In this document: positions 1-12,233 of the stretch, piece after piece
Layout of the letters: the number at the start of each line of letters is the position of its first letter
Numbering within the stretch: the stretch's first letter is position 1
DNA from: Mobula hypostoma
Lineage: Eukaryota
Direction of reading: 5' to 3'
NCBI RefSeq assembly: GCF_963921235.1
Contig: NC_086121.1
Span: forward strand, 10,850,001-10,914,000
Length of the DNA stretch: 64,000 bases
Translations under genes and position numbers: made by a program
The notes under the pieces: model-generated
What the model was told of the DNA's origin: nothing
What the model saw: only the letters and a program-made list of their open reading frames with translations
Database searches by the model: none

Positions 1-659
1 TAGCAATGACAGAGGGCATGTTCTGGGTGACGGGGGACCTTAATGATGGATGCTGCCTTTTTGAGGCATCACCTTTTGAGGATGTCCAGGATGTTGTGCC
101 CGAGATGGAACTTTCTGCTGCTTATTTCATCCTGTGCAGTGTCCCCACCCCATATCAGATAGTGATGCAGCCAGACAGAATGCTATCCGCAGTACACTTG
201 TGAAAATTTGCAAGTGTCTTTGGTAACATACCAAATCTCCCCAAACTCCTAATGAAACTCCTGATCACCTGCTGAGAGTTTCCAGAATGTTATGTTTTTA
301 TTTCAGATTACTAGAATCTGTTTGTTATGCGTTAGTACATGACAGATGTGCTAAATTGCTGGTGTTGTTTGATGAAAGTAGAAGGTCACGCTAAATGCTT
401 GATAAGCTTTACTTAATTTCACTGGAACATAACAAAAGATGCTACAAGCGGTCAGGCTCCGTAAACCATGTAAAATGAAAGACGAAACATCCCGTAATGT
501 GTTGACCTGAATTAGAAACAATCTTGGAATACGCACGAGAATGAATAAGAGTAACATTTGACCCCTTCAGAATCATTCAATCACTCTACTAAAATTACAT
601 ATCAGAAGAAATGCACAAAAAATAATTCAACCTTTCTTTAGTTCCTTCATTGGATATGA

Positions 660-896
660 TAATGTTGATGTTGTGTACTTAATATTCCGGTAATGTTTGA
701 GTAATATTTAAAATATATTGTTTGATTAATCATTCTTGTTTGTTTAAATAATTCATTATGGGCTATATGTAAAAGTATGTAAATGGCTTATGTCATCACG
801 CCACCATGAAGTGAAAACAAACTTTGGATTATTCTCCAGGGCTCCCGTGTCCTTCTCCTTTCAATTAGCTTTATTTTTTAATTACAAAACGTACCA
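660..896 (+). mobile_element. Decayed LTR related to the 7040-7328 LTR
   Basis: Shared blocks (tttgagtaat, tatgtaaaa.tatgt, gtcatcacgc.acca, ttacaaaac). Confidence 0.55.
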
Positions 897-1774
897 GCTA
901 GAAAGGCCAACAGTATTTACCATCATTTACTGCCCTTGAGTAGGTGGCAGCAAGTCATTTTTTCAAACCATTGAAGTTGTATGGGCTGTGAGATTGTGGC
1001 TCTAGGATCCTGACCCAGTGATAGTGGAGAAACAGTTCTACGTAACCTGCTTTAGTCAATGATGATTGGTGAAGACCAAAGTAATAAATTCAATAAAGAT
1101 TCCAAGGCCACCTACCTGAGCTTTGGTGAAACCTTTGGAGACAATACCAGATTAGTCATATACTCCTCTGTTTCCTCTAATGTTGCGTCAATAGATTAGG
1201 CAATGTCTGAAGAAATCCACCTTTTAAGATATTTATTATATAGTCAGCAATCCATTAAATTGTACTGGGAAATAACAAATGACAAAGAAATTAAAGAAAT
1301 ATTTTGTATCTACTTCATGAAAGATGAAAATATTTCTTTAATTTCTTTGCCACAGAAAACCCAGCAGTAGTGAATATTTATGGGAATAAATTAAATGAGA
1401 AGATAAAATAAATTAACAAGTAATAGATTAGTACTGGAGTTGTGTGTGAATGAAATTGCAAGAAGACAAATCCCCGGGACTTGATGACTTCCACGTTAAG
1501 GTTTTGAAGGAGCGGCAACAGAGATTGCCAAAGCACTCGTGTCACCTCCCAAAATTCGAGATTCTTTAACGTCTCCCATAGTTTGGAAAAATCAGATATA
1601 ATCTTGCTATTTAAGAGAGGATGAAGAGACATAGCACAGAACTATAGACCAACCAGATTGACATCAGTAGGAAAGAAAATGCTGGAATCTGTGGAGGCCA
1701 AGTTAGGAACCCCTGTGTTAGAGGAACCTGGTTGCCCTTGTACACATATGACTTAAAGTGGCTATATACAGTGG

Positions 1775-2170
1775 CTATACTTCATTAGGAGTTTGAAGAG
1801 ATTTGGTGTGTCAACAAAAATACTCAAAGGCTTCTATAGATATACCATGGAGAGCATTCTGACAGGCTGCATCACTGTCTGGTGGGGGGGAGGGGTTAGT
1901 TCTACTGCACAGGACCGAAAAAAGCTACAGAGGGTTGTAAATTTAGTCGGTTTCATCTTGGGTACTAGCCTACAAAGTATCTATGACATCTTCAAGGAGT
2001 GGTGTCTCAGGCAGCATCCGTGATTAAGGACCTCCAGCACCCAGGGCATGCCCTTTTCTCACTGTTACCATCAGGTAGGAGGTACAGAAGCCTGAAAGCA
2101 CACACTCAGCGATTCAGGAACAGCTTCTTCCCCTCTGCCATCCAATTCATAACTGGATATTGAAGCCGTG
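1775..2170 (+). mobile_element. Rex1/Babar- or L2-type LINE 3' fragment
   Basis: FYRYTMESILTGCITVW...QDRKKLQRVV. Related copies at 33802-34270 (+), 13340-13800 (-), 50430-50830 (-), 56400-57030 (-) and 42000-42660 (+). Confidence 0.8.
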
Positions 2171-3978
2171 AACAATATGCATGCATCTGATGAACCCAAA
2201 GGAATGGCAGAGACCGATATAGTTTGGCACCAGCAGCGTCACAGGAGTTGCCAGTCAGTGTTGAACTCAACATCGGACTGCCTTCGGGACTTCAGCTCCA
2301 GATTTTTCCCTCGGTGTTGACTCCCAAAGCCTTCCCCGTGAACGGGTATAGCTGCAAAGCAGCAGAGTTTTGAGATCTGAGTTTCCCTTTCTCCTAGGTG
2401 AGCCGCCATCCATGACTGATGAGCCCCATCTGCCCGAAGTGACTGGTTTTAAGATGCCTGTAACCCGCCTTTGCTCCTTCTTCTGTTGGTAGAAATTAGC
2501 AGCTAAGCCACATGTGAAGGCCAGGATCTGGACTTGGTTGTCAGAGGCTATTTGAGGTGCAAGCTATTGGGAGCATTTAATAGATAGTGGGAGCTTACCC
2601 CCACTACCTCCCATGGCTAAAACAACCAGGCTTAAAAGCGGCAATTAGGAATTTTAACCTTTAACAGTCTGTTTCATAATTAATTATTCCATCACTATAG
2701 TTCTTTGATTTACATTATAATATATGGTCATTAAACTTTCTGTCTGATTTTCACCAGGGTCTTTCTTGGAATTAGGCACTTCCAATCTAACTTTTATCGG
2801 AACGGAGAGTGAAACCAACATTCTCCTTTGAACTCAGTGACAGAGTTCCTCTTGTCCATATCTACAGTGTTGTAAAGGGCAGTGAGTATTTAAGATAATA
2901 TACTAAAACCTATCAAGTCAGACAATAAAACGAGTCACTTTCTTCCCACCTCCCCTCCTCTGACCCCTGTTCTGGGTATGAAATATGTAAGCATTCAATA
3001 GCTGCTCTTCCAAAAATAGTATTTCTAACTGGTTTGAGATGTCCCATGTAAAACAAATGACATTGCGAAAGATGAACTCATCTAATTTAACTTTGTGATA
3101 TGCACATGATACAACTGTGACTCTCGGCCAAGATAAAAACAAGGCTTAATTTGTTTAAGTTCTTGTTAGCGAATCAGTTTAAAACTGAAGCAACAATGGG
3201 TCGTGTTGTTCCCTTGGGTCTGGCTGTTTTACCATTCAAACGATCATGGCTCCTCTGTGACTTTACTTTCAAGTCAATCTCACCTATTGAAGAGTCACAG
3301 AGCACCACAGCACAGACAAAAACCCTTCAAACTATTATTCTGCCTTGTCCCATTGACCTGCAGCTCTCCATACGTCCCCCATCTTGATACTTAAGAGATT
3401 TCAGAAATGAGTGGGACAGTAAATTGGCTTCTCTGATAGAGGATTCTCAGGATTCAGGTAGGGGAAACTCCCCCTGGTTGATGGGTTCAAAATCAAGGGA
3501 TGCCATTATAGAATGTGGTGTCACAGATTGTGCTGGCAAAGATGGAACCCGAGTGCAGAGGAAAGACAGAGTCCCATGTATAAACTGCAAACAGTTTACA
3601 CATAAGAATTCCAACAGAATATTGGTGGCTCAACCGAGTGACACCGAGAGACGAAACATTCTCAAAACTAGGACCCTGCGATAAGTGCTAATCGGGAGTG
3701 CGCTTAAACAATCACAGAACACGGAAAACCCGTGCCAGTCAAATTCAACTAAACAAAATTAAACAGAAAACACTTAGGATAATGGCTCTTGTCAAGGCAA
3801 GAATTAACAAATTCAGGTGCTCTAGAAACCTCGGAGCCCAACACTCTCCGACTACCCGCATGGGCCCGGAGAGCTCATTAGAGTGGGATAAGCCACTTAG
3901 GATTGAGATGAGTACTTTCTTCACTCAGAGAAGATGGTGGATCTTTGGAATTCTCTACTTCAGAAGATGTTGGAGGCT

Positions 3979-4880
3979 TGTGACAAAAGAGGGTTACAAA
4001 AGTACACATAGACTAAGATGTTAACTGTCCTGTGCTATCACCAGTGGGATCATCATTTGATCTGCCACCTGTCTTCAGGAGAGAGATAAGAAAGACAATG
4101 GAGCAGCATTTGGAAATGTTAATGAAGAGACGAGAGAGATTAGCGGAGAGAGACACCGGTCTGAGTATTGTCAAGACCGGTTGCTTTGAACCTGAACTGT
4201 TTGAAGTCTGATGGACAGGCGATACCCTAACAGGGGGATAAAAAGGGACAGGTTCGCTAAGGCAACAGACACACCACGCAACACGACACCACGAGGTAAC
4301 GAGACCCTGGAAGCGGTGTGCCCCCACAAGTCGGTGGGAGTTTTGGAGGTCTGATTGCGGGACCAGCCATAGACGCACAGGGTGGAAAGATACGGTCGGG
4401 CGGGAACCTGGTGTGTGTGTGTCCACCCTTGCCTGGGTGCCGGGTTCACCGCAGAAGAACGATCGTATCCGGAACAGAGGAGTCACAGTTGTTGACCTCA
4501 GAAGACATTACAAAGGGCTTGCCCGAAAGTTAACTGCGAAGAATATCGAAGGTCTGTGTGGAATTCGATTTGCATATTCATTCTCTCTCTCTCTCCCCAA
4601 CAGCACGACGGTGATTACTGCGAACTGAACTAAACTGAACTCTGTCATTTGTGATTGATCATTTTACCCCGAGACTGCGATAGAGCTTGATTGATCCTAT
4701 TATCATAGTTCCGTGTACATGTGTGTTTATTCATTGCTAACCTGTTGCATTTATATCCTTACAATTAGAGCACTGTATTGCTTATTTCTTTAATAAAACT
4801 TCCTTAGTTCCAGTAATCCAGACTCCAACTAAGTGGTCCATTTCTGCTGGTTTGGCAACCCCGTTACGGGGTACGTAACA
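3979..4880 (+). mobile_element. Solo LTR (Gypsy-type), 902 bp
   Basis: TGTGACA...GTAACA termini, 4-bp TSD GGCT (3975-3978 / 4881-4884) splitting a CR1 3' fragment. GATAAAA TATA-like box at ~4236 and AATAAA at 4792. Confidence 0.88.
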
Positions 4881-5325
4881 GGCTCAATCATTGAGCTCAA
4901 TCAAAACAGTGATTGATAGACGTCAAAATATTAAAGAAATCGAGAGATGTGGGAACAGTGTGGGGAAATGGAATGAAGACTAAGGATTAGCCTTGATGAT
5001 GAATGGAGCCAGGAGGAAGAGGAGGGAGGGAAGAAGATTATTAGCAATGTGTAAGGAGACTCTTTATGGTCATCTTTCAATGCCTTATGAATCCACCAAG
5101 AAAAATCAAACTCGTGAATGGCCTAGAACATTCACAAGCACTAAGGCAGTAACAATTTTCCCTTGACATTCAATACTAATAATTTCAATGAACTGCATCT
5201 CACCTCCAACTGAAGTCTTCGGGATTACAACTGAATCTGAAGTAGTTACTATGGCAGCGAATGCTGATTGTGGCAACCATCTATGGCATTTGATAAATAA
5301 GGTCAGATTAACTCAGCTTCTAAAC

Positions 5326-5407
5326 AAGGGGTTCCCAACCTTTTTACGCCATGGTCTCCTACCATTAACCAAGGGGTTTGTGGACTGACTCCAGGCTGGG
5401 AACCTTG
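5326..5407. mobile_element. ~80-bp hAT (Charlie-type) MITE
   Basis: GGTTCCCA / TGGGAACC inverted ends, 8-bp TSD TTCTAAAC. Confidence 0.8.
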
Positions 5408-5464
5408 TTCTAAACCATATTTTTAAACTGAATTGCGCAAAAAAAACGTACAAAATCAATCCCT

Positions 5465-5666
5465 GTCTCTCTGTAGCCTTGCCTATTTACAGACTGAAAT
5501 ACTGTCTCTGTATCCTTGTCCATCTGAACACTGGAATAGTCTCTGTACCCTTATCCATCTACGCACTGAAATACTGTCTCTGTACCCTTGCCTATTGACA
5601 GACTGAAATATTGTCTCTGTACCCTTGTCCACCTACACACTGAAATACTGTCTCTGTACCCTTGCC
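5465..5666. repeat. Minisatellite, ~37-38-bp unit, ~5 copies
   Basis: Repeated ACTGAAATACTGTCTCTGTACCCTTG core. Confidence 0.9.
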
Positions 5667-6063
5667 ATCATCTGTAAAAAAGCAAAAAATAACCAGAAAG
5701 CTGGAAATATTCTGCAGGTTAGGCAACAGCAGTGGAAAAATGGATTTAAGGTTTTCCATTAACAAAGGCAGTTATTGATCTGAATCACTTTAGGATTAGC
5801 ACAAAACATGTAACATACTGTCAATGTGCCTGTCTTATTAAACACAGTTCTTGTAATTGGGAAGAGCGAGCCTGACAATAATCAGGCCACTGGAATTTCC
5901 TCTCAAAGATAAAAGAAGGTACAGTCTTCTCACTGAATCATTGAATCCCTTGCAGTAAGAGAGGGAGAGAAGCTATATTGGTGAACACTAATGATCCACA
6001 GAGGAAATGCAGCAACTAACAATAATATTTGGAGGGCAATAATATGGATTGACTGAACATCTA

Positions 6064-6607
6064 CATTCAGTGGCCACTTTATTAGGTAAACCTGCTTGCT
6101 AATGTAAGTATCTAATCAGGCAATCGTGAGGCAAATGCTCAATGCATTAAAGCATGCAGACATGGTCAAGAGGTTCAGTTGTGGTTGAGAGCAAATAGCA
6201 GATTGGGGAAGAAATGTGATCTAAGTAACTTTCAGCATGGATTGATTGATTGTTGGTGCTTGATGGGGTGGTTTGAGTATCTCAGAAACTGTAAATCTCC
6301 CGGGATTTTCATGCACAGCAGTCTCTAGTGTTTACTGAGAAGAGTTCAAAAAACAAGACAAAAACATCTAGTGAGCAGAAGTTCTGTGAGCGAGAATGCC
6401 TTTTTAATGAGAGAGGTCAGACAAGAATGGCCAGACTAGTTTAAGCTGACAAGAAGGCGACAGTAACTCAAATAACCACTTGTTACAACAGTGGTGTGCA
6501 GAAGAGCATCTCTGAAAACAACATGTTGAACCTTGATGTGGATGGCTATAGAAGCCGACGACCACACTGAGAGGCAGTCGCGTACCTGGTAAAGTGACCA
6601 CTGAACA
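6064..6607 (+). mobile_element. Non-autonomous Tc1-like element
   Basis: TIR CA(C/T)TCAGTGGCCACTTTATTAGG flanked by TA; internal transposase N-terminal remnant. Confidence 0.8.
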
Positions 6608-7039
6608 TATAGGATATTTTCTATGTCTGTATCTATAAAAAAATTGTAATGGTCAATGGGGACTTCTGAATGCCCTTCGCCTTCTAAGGAAATAGAGACG
6701 CTGCTGTACTTTCTTGGCCATAGCAGTTACGTGGCTGGGCCAGCACAAGCCATTGGTAATATTTACACCAATGAACTTTATTTTTGCTGATATTTACTCC
6801 AATTTACAGAATAGTCACAGGGGATTTCAGTCTGTGACATTACCGTGTCTAAACCTGGCTCTTGCTACCTCTCCTCTCTGAAGTTCACATCACAGTAATT
6901 CTAAGAATGAATGGGATAATTTTCGGTTAACACTGCCATTCTCCAATTTATAAACAAAATATATTGACTGCCTCAGCTCCTGAAATACACCAATCTTGGG
7001 AGGCACTGTTGACATACTGTCAATAGAGGCCACTTTATG

Positions 7040-7815
7040 AGAAAATTAGGATTAACATATTAAATTTTAATATTTAATACTATTTAATATTTCAATAACA
7101 TTTGAGTAATCTTGTGTGAGTGTGTATACATATATATATTATATATGTATAATTTGATTGTTCAAGTAAGTAATTACGGGTTGTATGTAAAATATGTTAA
7201 TTGAAGACGTCATCACGCTACCACGTGATCGGTGCGCGCCTCGCTTAAAGTAAACACGAAGTTGCACCTTATTTCGGACTCCTGCGAGTTTGAATTAATT
7301 TAATGTTTTAAAGTTACAAAACAGAACATTGGCGACGAGGTATTTTTAAAAGGAACCCGCGATGGCTGCCGACCTGTTAAAGTGGATCGAGATGTCCGAA
7401 CTAAACAAAACAGCCCAGCACGTGCGGAGGCGTCGAGTTAGAAATAGAAGCGGCAAACGGAAAAATTCAAAGTTCATAAAGAGTGAGCAGCGAGTGGAAA
7501 TAATTGTTAAAGCATCAGAAATGTCTGGCTACATCGGGAAGATTGGCAAGTTTGATTAATCAACGGGTAATCGGCTCCATGGATACTGAGTCATTGAAAT
7601 TATTTGGGTGAGATTTCCCTCCCAAAGCTGATTGAAAAATATATAAAGGCAGCGCACACGAAACTCAGCAGGTCAGGCGGCGTCTTTGGAAAAGAGATCC
7701 GAGAGCAACTCTGCCATCAGCCGCCGGAGCGACACAAATTCCGAATTAGTTCCAAGAAGACTCCTGTACATTTTTTTTTGAATTAGTTTCATGTTTTAAA
7801 GTAACAGATCATAAT
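7040..7815 (+). mobile_element. Gypsy LTR + primer-binding site + gag start, truncated; second LTR-end fragment at ~7760-7815
   Basis: LTR end AACA at 7328, PBS TGGCGACGAG at 7330-7339, gag-like MSGYIGKIGKFD at 7521. Confidence 0.7.
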
Positions 7816-8179
7816 CTTCACACGATCTTCTGTGGTTAAATGCAGAATCGATTTATTTTTATTTTTCACTGCAACTTTCTACAATAAACCAATTTTTGTT
7901 TCCGGAATTTGCATTAGCAGGGCTACTGGAAAAAGTGATGGGGAAATCCACCCCGCTACATAGAGATCAAAGAAATATAATTCCCCTTGAAATGAGTGGT
8001 TACTAGTAGAATGATACGATACAAACGAAAAAAGAAATGCTGTCCCAATTTCTTACACCTCAGATAAATGTCCTGCTTCGCATGCTGTGGGAAGGGAGAC
8101 AAAGGTTCTGCTTCGTGTGGATTTTCTATATAATCAGCCTTGACTGCGTGGGGAGTCAATCACTCAGTGATAGGTTGTG

Positions 8180-8870
8180 TTATCCCCGCCCCGATAGAAA
8201 CTAAAACTGCGGCTGTTCATGGTTCGCGATGTCGACAGTGTTCGTGTCGCTCTTCCAGTGGATCTGAATCCAGCGTCCCCGGCGCTGTAAAGCGGCTCTC
8301 CAGTAAGTACAGACATCGCTTAACCGACTGGGACCGTGTCCCTTCGTTTCGCGGTCAGTCAGTCAGTCAGTCGGCCGGTTTGGAGCCGCGATGTGATCGG
8401 GGTCGGTCTGAGGAGACGGGGAGGGAGAGATTCGTGATCTGCTCCCGGCTCCGCCCAGCTCCCATGTTTATTTCTGACTTTTCGACCGGGCGCTGGGAAT
8501 GTTCGCGGTGAGGGCCGTGTTTATGCGACATTGCGAGCGCCGAGAGGCTTCCACTTCGCGCCGGGAACCGATCCGAGCGGTGGCCGGTTCACTGACCGAC
8601 AAAGGCAGATTTCAAATAGGACCGTTGGGGGGAAATTGACCGGAGCGCCCCCTGGTGGCGAGAGTATTCGCGGGTGGCCAGTGTCCCCCTAGCGGTCGGG
8701 AGGAGTCGCGGTTCTCCCGTGGCAACGAGATTACTCACCGCCCGGCGAGTGTGCCCCTAGCGGCCGGGAGGAGTCGTGGCTCTCCCATGGCTGCGGAATT
8801 ACTCGCTGCCCGGAGAGTGTGCCCCTAGCGGTCGGGAGGAGTCGGCACGATTGCCGACCGTTGCTCGAAG
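8180..8870 (+). promoter_or_regulatory. CpG island / probable promoter and non-coding exon 1 (donor GTAAGT at 8303) of the TNFRSF gene
   Basis: Strongest non-repeat CpG-dense stretch in the window. GC box CCCCGCCCC at 8184-8192, ISRE-like GAAACTAAAACT at 8197-8208, CA|GTAAGT donor at 8302/8303. Confidence 0.7.
8645..8845. repeat. 68-bp GC-rich tandem repeat (~2.4 copies from 8681) plus upstream CTCF consensus; four CTCF-like motifs
   Basis: GCGCCCCCTGGTGG at 8645-8658; TGT(C/G)CCCCTAGCGG at 8682, 8750 and 8818 (period 68). Confidence 0.75.
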
Positions 8871-10036
8871 CTTTTTGTGTTCATTCTGTCCTGGAACACC
8901 AGACAGTGATTTCTTCTGGAGGCTCAGTATGTACAAAACTATTCCATCAGTGAAGTTACACTTAGTTCTGAGCTTGTTTAGAGTTTCTCCTTGGGGTTTT
9001 CAGCTGCTGGTGTCATTCTGATGTGGCGCTTGAAATGATTCCAGTTTCCTTTCTGGACTCCATTCCCTCAGCCCAGTTTTAATGATTTTATAAACTCTTA
9101 GAACGTCAGAAATGGAAGCTGGAGTTCACCTTTTGCACATCCATTACCATTCAATAAGATCTTATCTAATTTTGTTTTCACCCTCTGCACCATTTTCCCA
9201 TGTTCCAAAGATCTATCAATCTCAATTGACACCTGAGCTTCTACAAGCCTTTTGAGTAGGACATTACAAACATCTGGTATAAAGATTCTGGTTGAAGGAA
9301 TCTCTTCTGTCTGTCACTCAAGACTGACCCCCTTGTTTCGAGGCTGTAGCCATAGATTCTATACAGTTACGTCGGTTCCTGTCATCCACCCGTTTAAGAT
9401 CTACCAAGGACATCCACCCCCTGAAGAAAACCAACAGAGAAGAATAAATTAGTAATTTACTTCTCATCACGAATTGATTTTCCTCCTAAAGTTGGTGAGT
9501 GATGGAATATGTGTTCATCACTGGGTCAATGCATTCTAGCAAGGAAAAGTTTTGTAAATCAAGGACAAGACAGTCTAATGGCAATGACTGGCATTCCACC
9601 CTCCACACAAACCAAACATTCTCTCAGTAGAATGCACTTCACCTACAGTATGCAGCATCCACAAAATACTTTGTGAACATTATCTCCACAGAAGAAAATG
9701 TAAAAAATAGGAGCATTTCTGACCCTCAAGCCGACCCATCATTGTACTAAAGAACCATTTTTCTAACCAATTCCTTATTCCTTGATCCCTCTATTGTTCA
9801 GCAAACTACCTTTGTCAGTTTTGAATATAATCAATGACTGAGCCGCCACAGTCCGTAACACAGAGAATTTCAAGAATTCACCACCCTGTGCATGAAGAGA
9901 ATGTGCTTCACTGAAATCCTAAATAATCCTAATAATCTACCCATTATTTTGGGATTATATCTCCTATTTCTAGACTCCTTACCAAGGGATATCAGGCTGC
10001 CACATCTACCCTGTTGAGCCCTTAAGCTGTGTACAT

Positions 10037-10911
10037 ACATCTATTGATGTTTCTGGACACATCTTCAGTGATGTTCCTGGAATCATCGGGTGTTTCAGGT
10101 CTTTCAACATCAAACAACCTCCTCCAGGTGACCCAGCCGGGGCTAATCAGACCCCAGCTTCTGTCCAGATGGCTAGCTACTTATGACTCCATGGCTCCCT
10201 TCTTCCTCAAGAGCCACAGCCATCTTGAGGCCCTCTCTGCTGAATCGGTGGTACTGCAGATGGCTCTCCTCTTCCTCTCTCCCTCGATGCCCAAAATGCT
10301 GAAGGCTCTAACTAAAGAATGGGCTACGAATCCCCTACAACCAACCTCCACTGGGAGACACCTCGCTCTCCATCCAGCCTGCTGACAGTTGCTGACCAGT
10401 CCTGCGTACTTGGAGAGCTTCCTTTCAAAGGCCTGTTCTAAGCTATCTTCCCATGGGACTGTCAGCTCCAGCAGCACCACTTGTTTAGTCAACTCAGACA
10501 CTAGGACAATGTCTGGTCGCAGGGTGGTGGCTGCGATATGGTTGGGGAACTTCAGCTGCCCTTCGAGGTCCACCAACAGCTGCCAGTCCCTTGCAGAGGT
10601 CAGAATGCCTGCAGATGTTCTTTTGGCAGGTAATGGCTGCTCCCCAGCTCTGACAAAGGCAATGGTCTGCTAGGAGGGTCGGGACCACTTCGCCCACTCA
10701 ACTCCTGCGCTGATGGCTTCAGCGATGGTCTTCAGGACCTGATCATGCCTCCACCTGTACTGTCCCTCACCAAGTGCCCTTGCACAGCCGCTGAGGATGT
10801 GCTCCAGGGTTCCTCGCTTGGAGCACAGTGGGCACGCAGATGACTCTGCCTTGCCCCATGTGTGCAGGTTTGATGGGCTTGGAAGCACATCGTACACTGC
10901 CTGGACGAGAA
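10037..10911 (-). mobile_element. 3' fragment of an RLE-encoding non-LTR retrotransposon (HERO-clade-like)
   Basis: CPLC...LEHILSGC zinc knuckle, RHDQVL, RPDIVL...ELTVPWE restriction-like endonuclease. 7-bp TSD TGTACAT (10030-10036 / 10912-10918). Confidence 0.85.
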
Positions 10912-12098
10912 TGTACATCTCAGTGAGATCATGTCATACTGTTCTGTGCTCTAAAGGTCCATCTCTCTTTATGGCACACTCAGAAGCTCATATGGTGACG
11001 ACTTTTGTTTTTGTTGATTATGAGAACATACACCTAGTTGCCACTTCATTAGGACAGGAGTGGAAGCAGGTGTGATCTGCAACTGAAGCTTATTCAGTTC
11101 AGGGTTTGACATGTTGTGCATTCAAAGATGGTCTTCTGTACATCACTGTTGTCTTCTTTCTGCATGTTATGCTGCTGGCGTTTAGGACAGTAGTGAAGAT
11201 CATCTGTCTATAGTGGTGTTCAGAGCTTCCTTCATCAAGGCAGTAGCTTCCTCTCAGTTTTCACTACTGTCAGTCTTGCAAGTCCTGGATAGAGACTCAG
11301 GAATACCGTCACACTCAGATGTGGAAGTATTCTTCATTGATGTTTCTGTAACAGTTTTGTTTTACCAGTCAGAGTTGTTAGCCCTGAATTGAACCCCCTA
11401 CCCTGGAGGACCGGTGGACCACTCTTAGTCTGGCCTTTACCCTTTGACCTGTTTGACGTGAGCAACTCTACCGAAAGCCAAACCATAAAACCCTGACTCC
11501 AGCCTGCATATCTCTCTGGGTCATTCAGGCATGCAAGCCTCCAAACCCTACGAGAAGATTGTGCTGCTCCACTGTTGTAACACGTAATTATTTGAGTTGT
11601 TGACACCTTCCTGCCAGCTTGAGCCAGTCTGGCCATTCTCACCTGACCTCTCATTAACATGGCATTTTCGGCCACGGAACTACCACTCTCAGGATTTCTG
11701 TGCCTCCTTCCTGATGGTGGTAGTGAGAAGAGGGCATGGCTGCCTAATGTGCTAACTCGTTTATTTTTCCCTCTCCTGGAAAGCACTCGAATGACCCTAT
11801 ATCCACTCCCCCAATAATCATAGTCAGAGTCACATAATAGTCACTATCTGATATAAAATTTATCAAACCATTTCAGCTGGCTGGTGTGGTCACTGTGTCA
11901 TGCCATTTATCAATCCCTTCCCAACTGTACAAGTTTTTATTTTGTCTCCCAGAGCAGATTGAAGAGTTTATAACCTGATGTGTAAGCTTCACAGACTTAT
12001 GGGGAAAAGCTGTTCGATCACCCACCCTTGTCCTACACTTTTGTATGTTTGTACTGTTTCTGTTAAAGTTATAATGTATTTTCTTTCATTTATTGCAG

Positions 12099-12233
12099 TG
12101 AAAGGATTCTGCATTTGAAGAACTGGATATAATTTCCTACAAATTTATTATATTTTATAAAGTATTATTACTTTACGAGTAGCGAAAGGATCGTGAGGTC
12201 GGTGTTTAATCTCCATAAACAGCTGATCTCTGG
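12099..12233 (+). other. Candidate non-coding 5'UTR exon
   Basis: Acceptor ttttctttcatttattgcag| and donor GG|GTAAGT in non-repetitive sequence between the promoter and the start exon. Confidence 0.45.

Noticed and set aside
5465-5666. CRISPR-like periodic repeat
   Set aside because: Head-to-tail minisatellite without unique spacers, in a vertebrate context with no cas genes.
8140-9021. ORFs of 123 and 81 aa in the CpG island
   Set aside because: Stop-poor GC-rich sequence crossing a splice donor and a tandem repeat; no recognisable domain.
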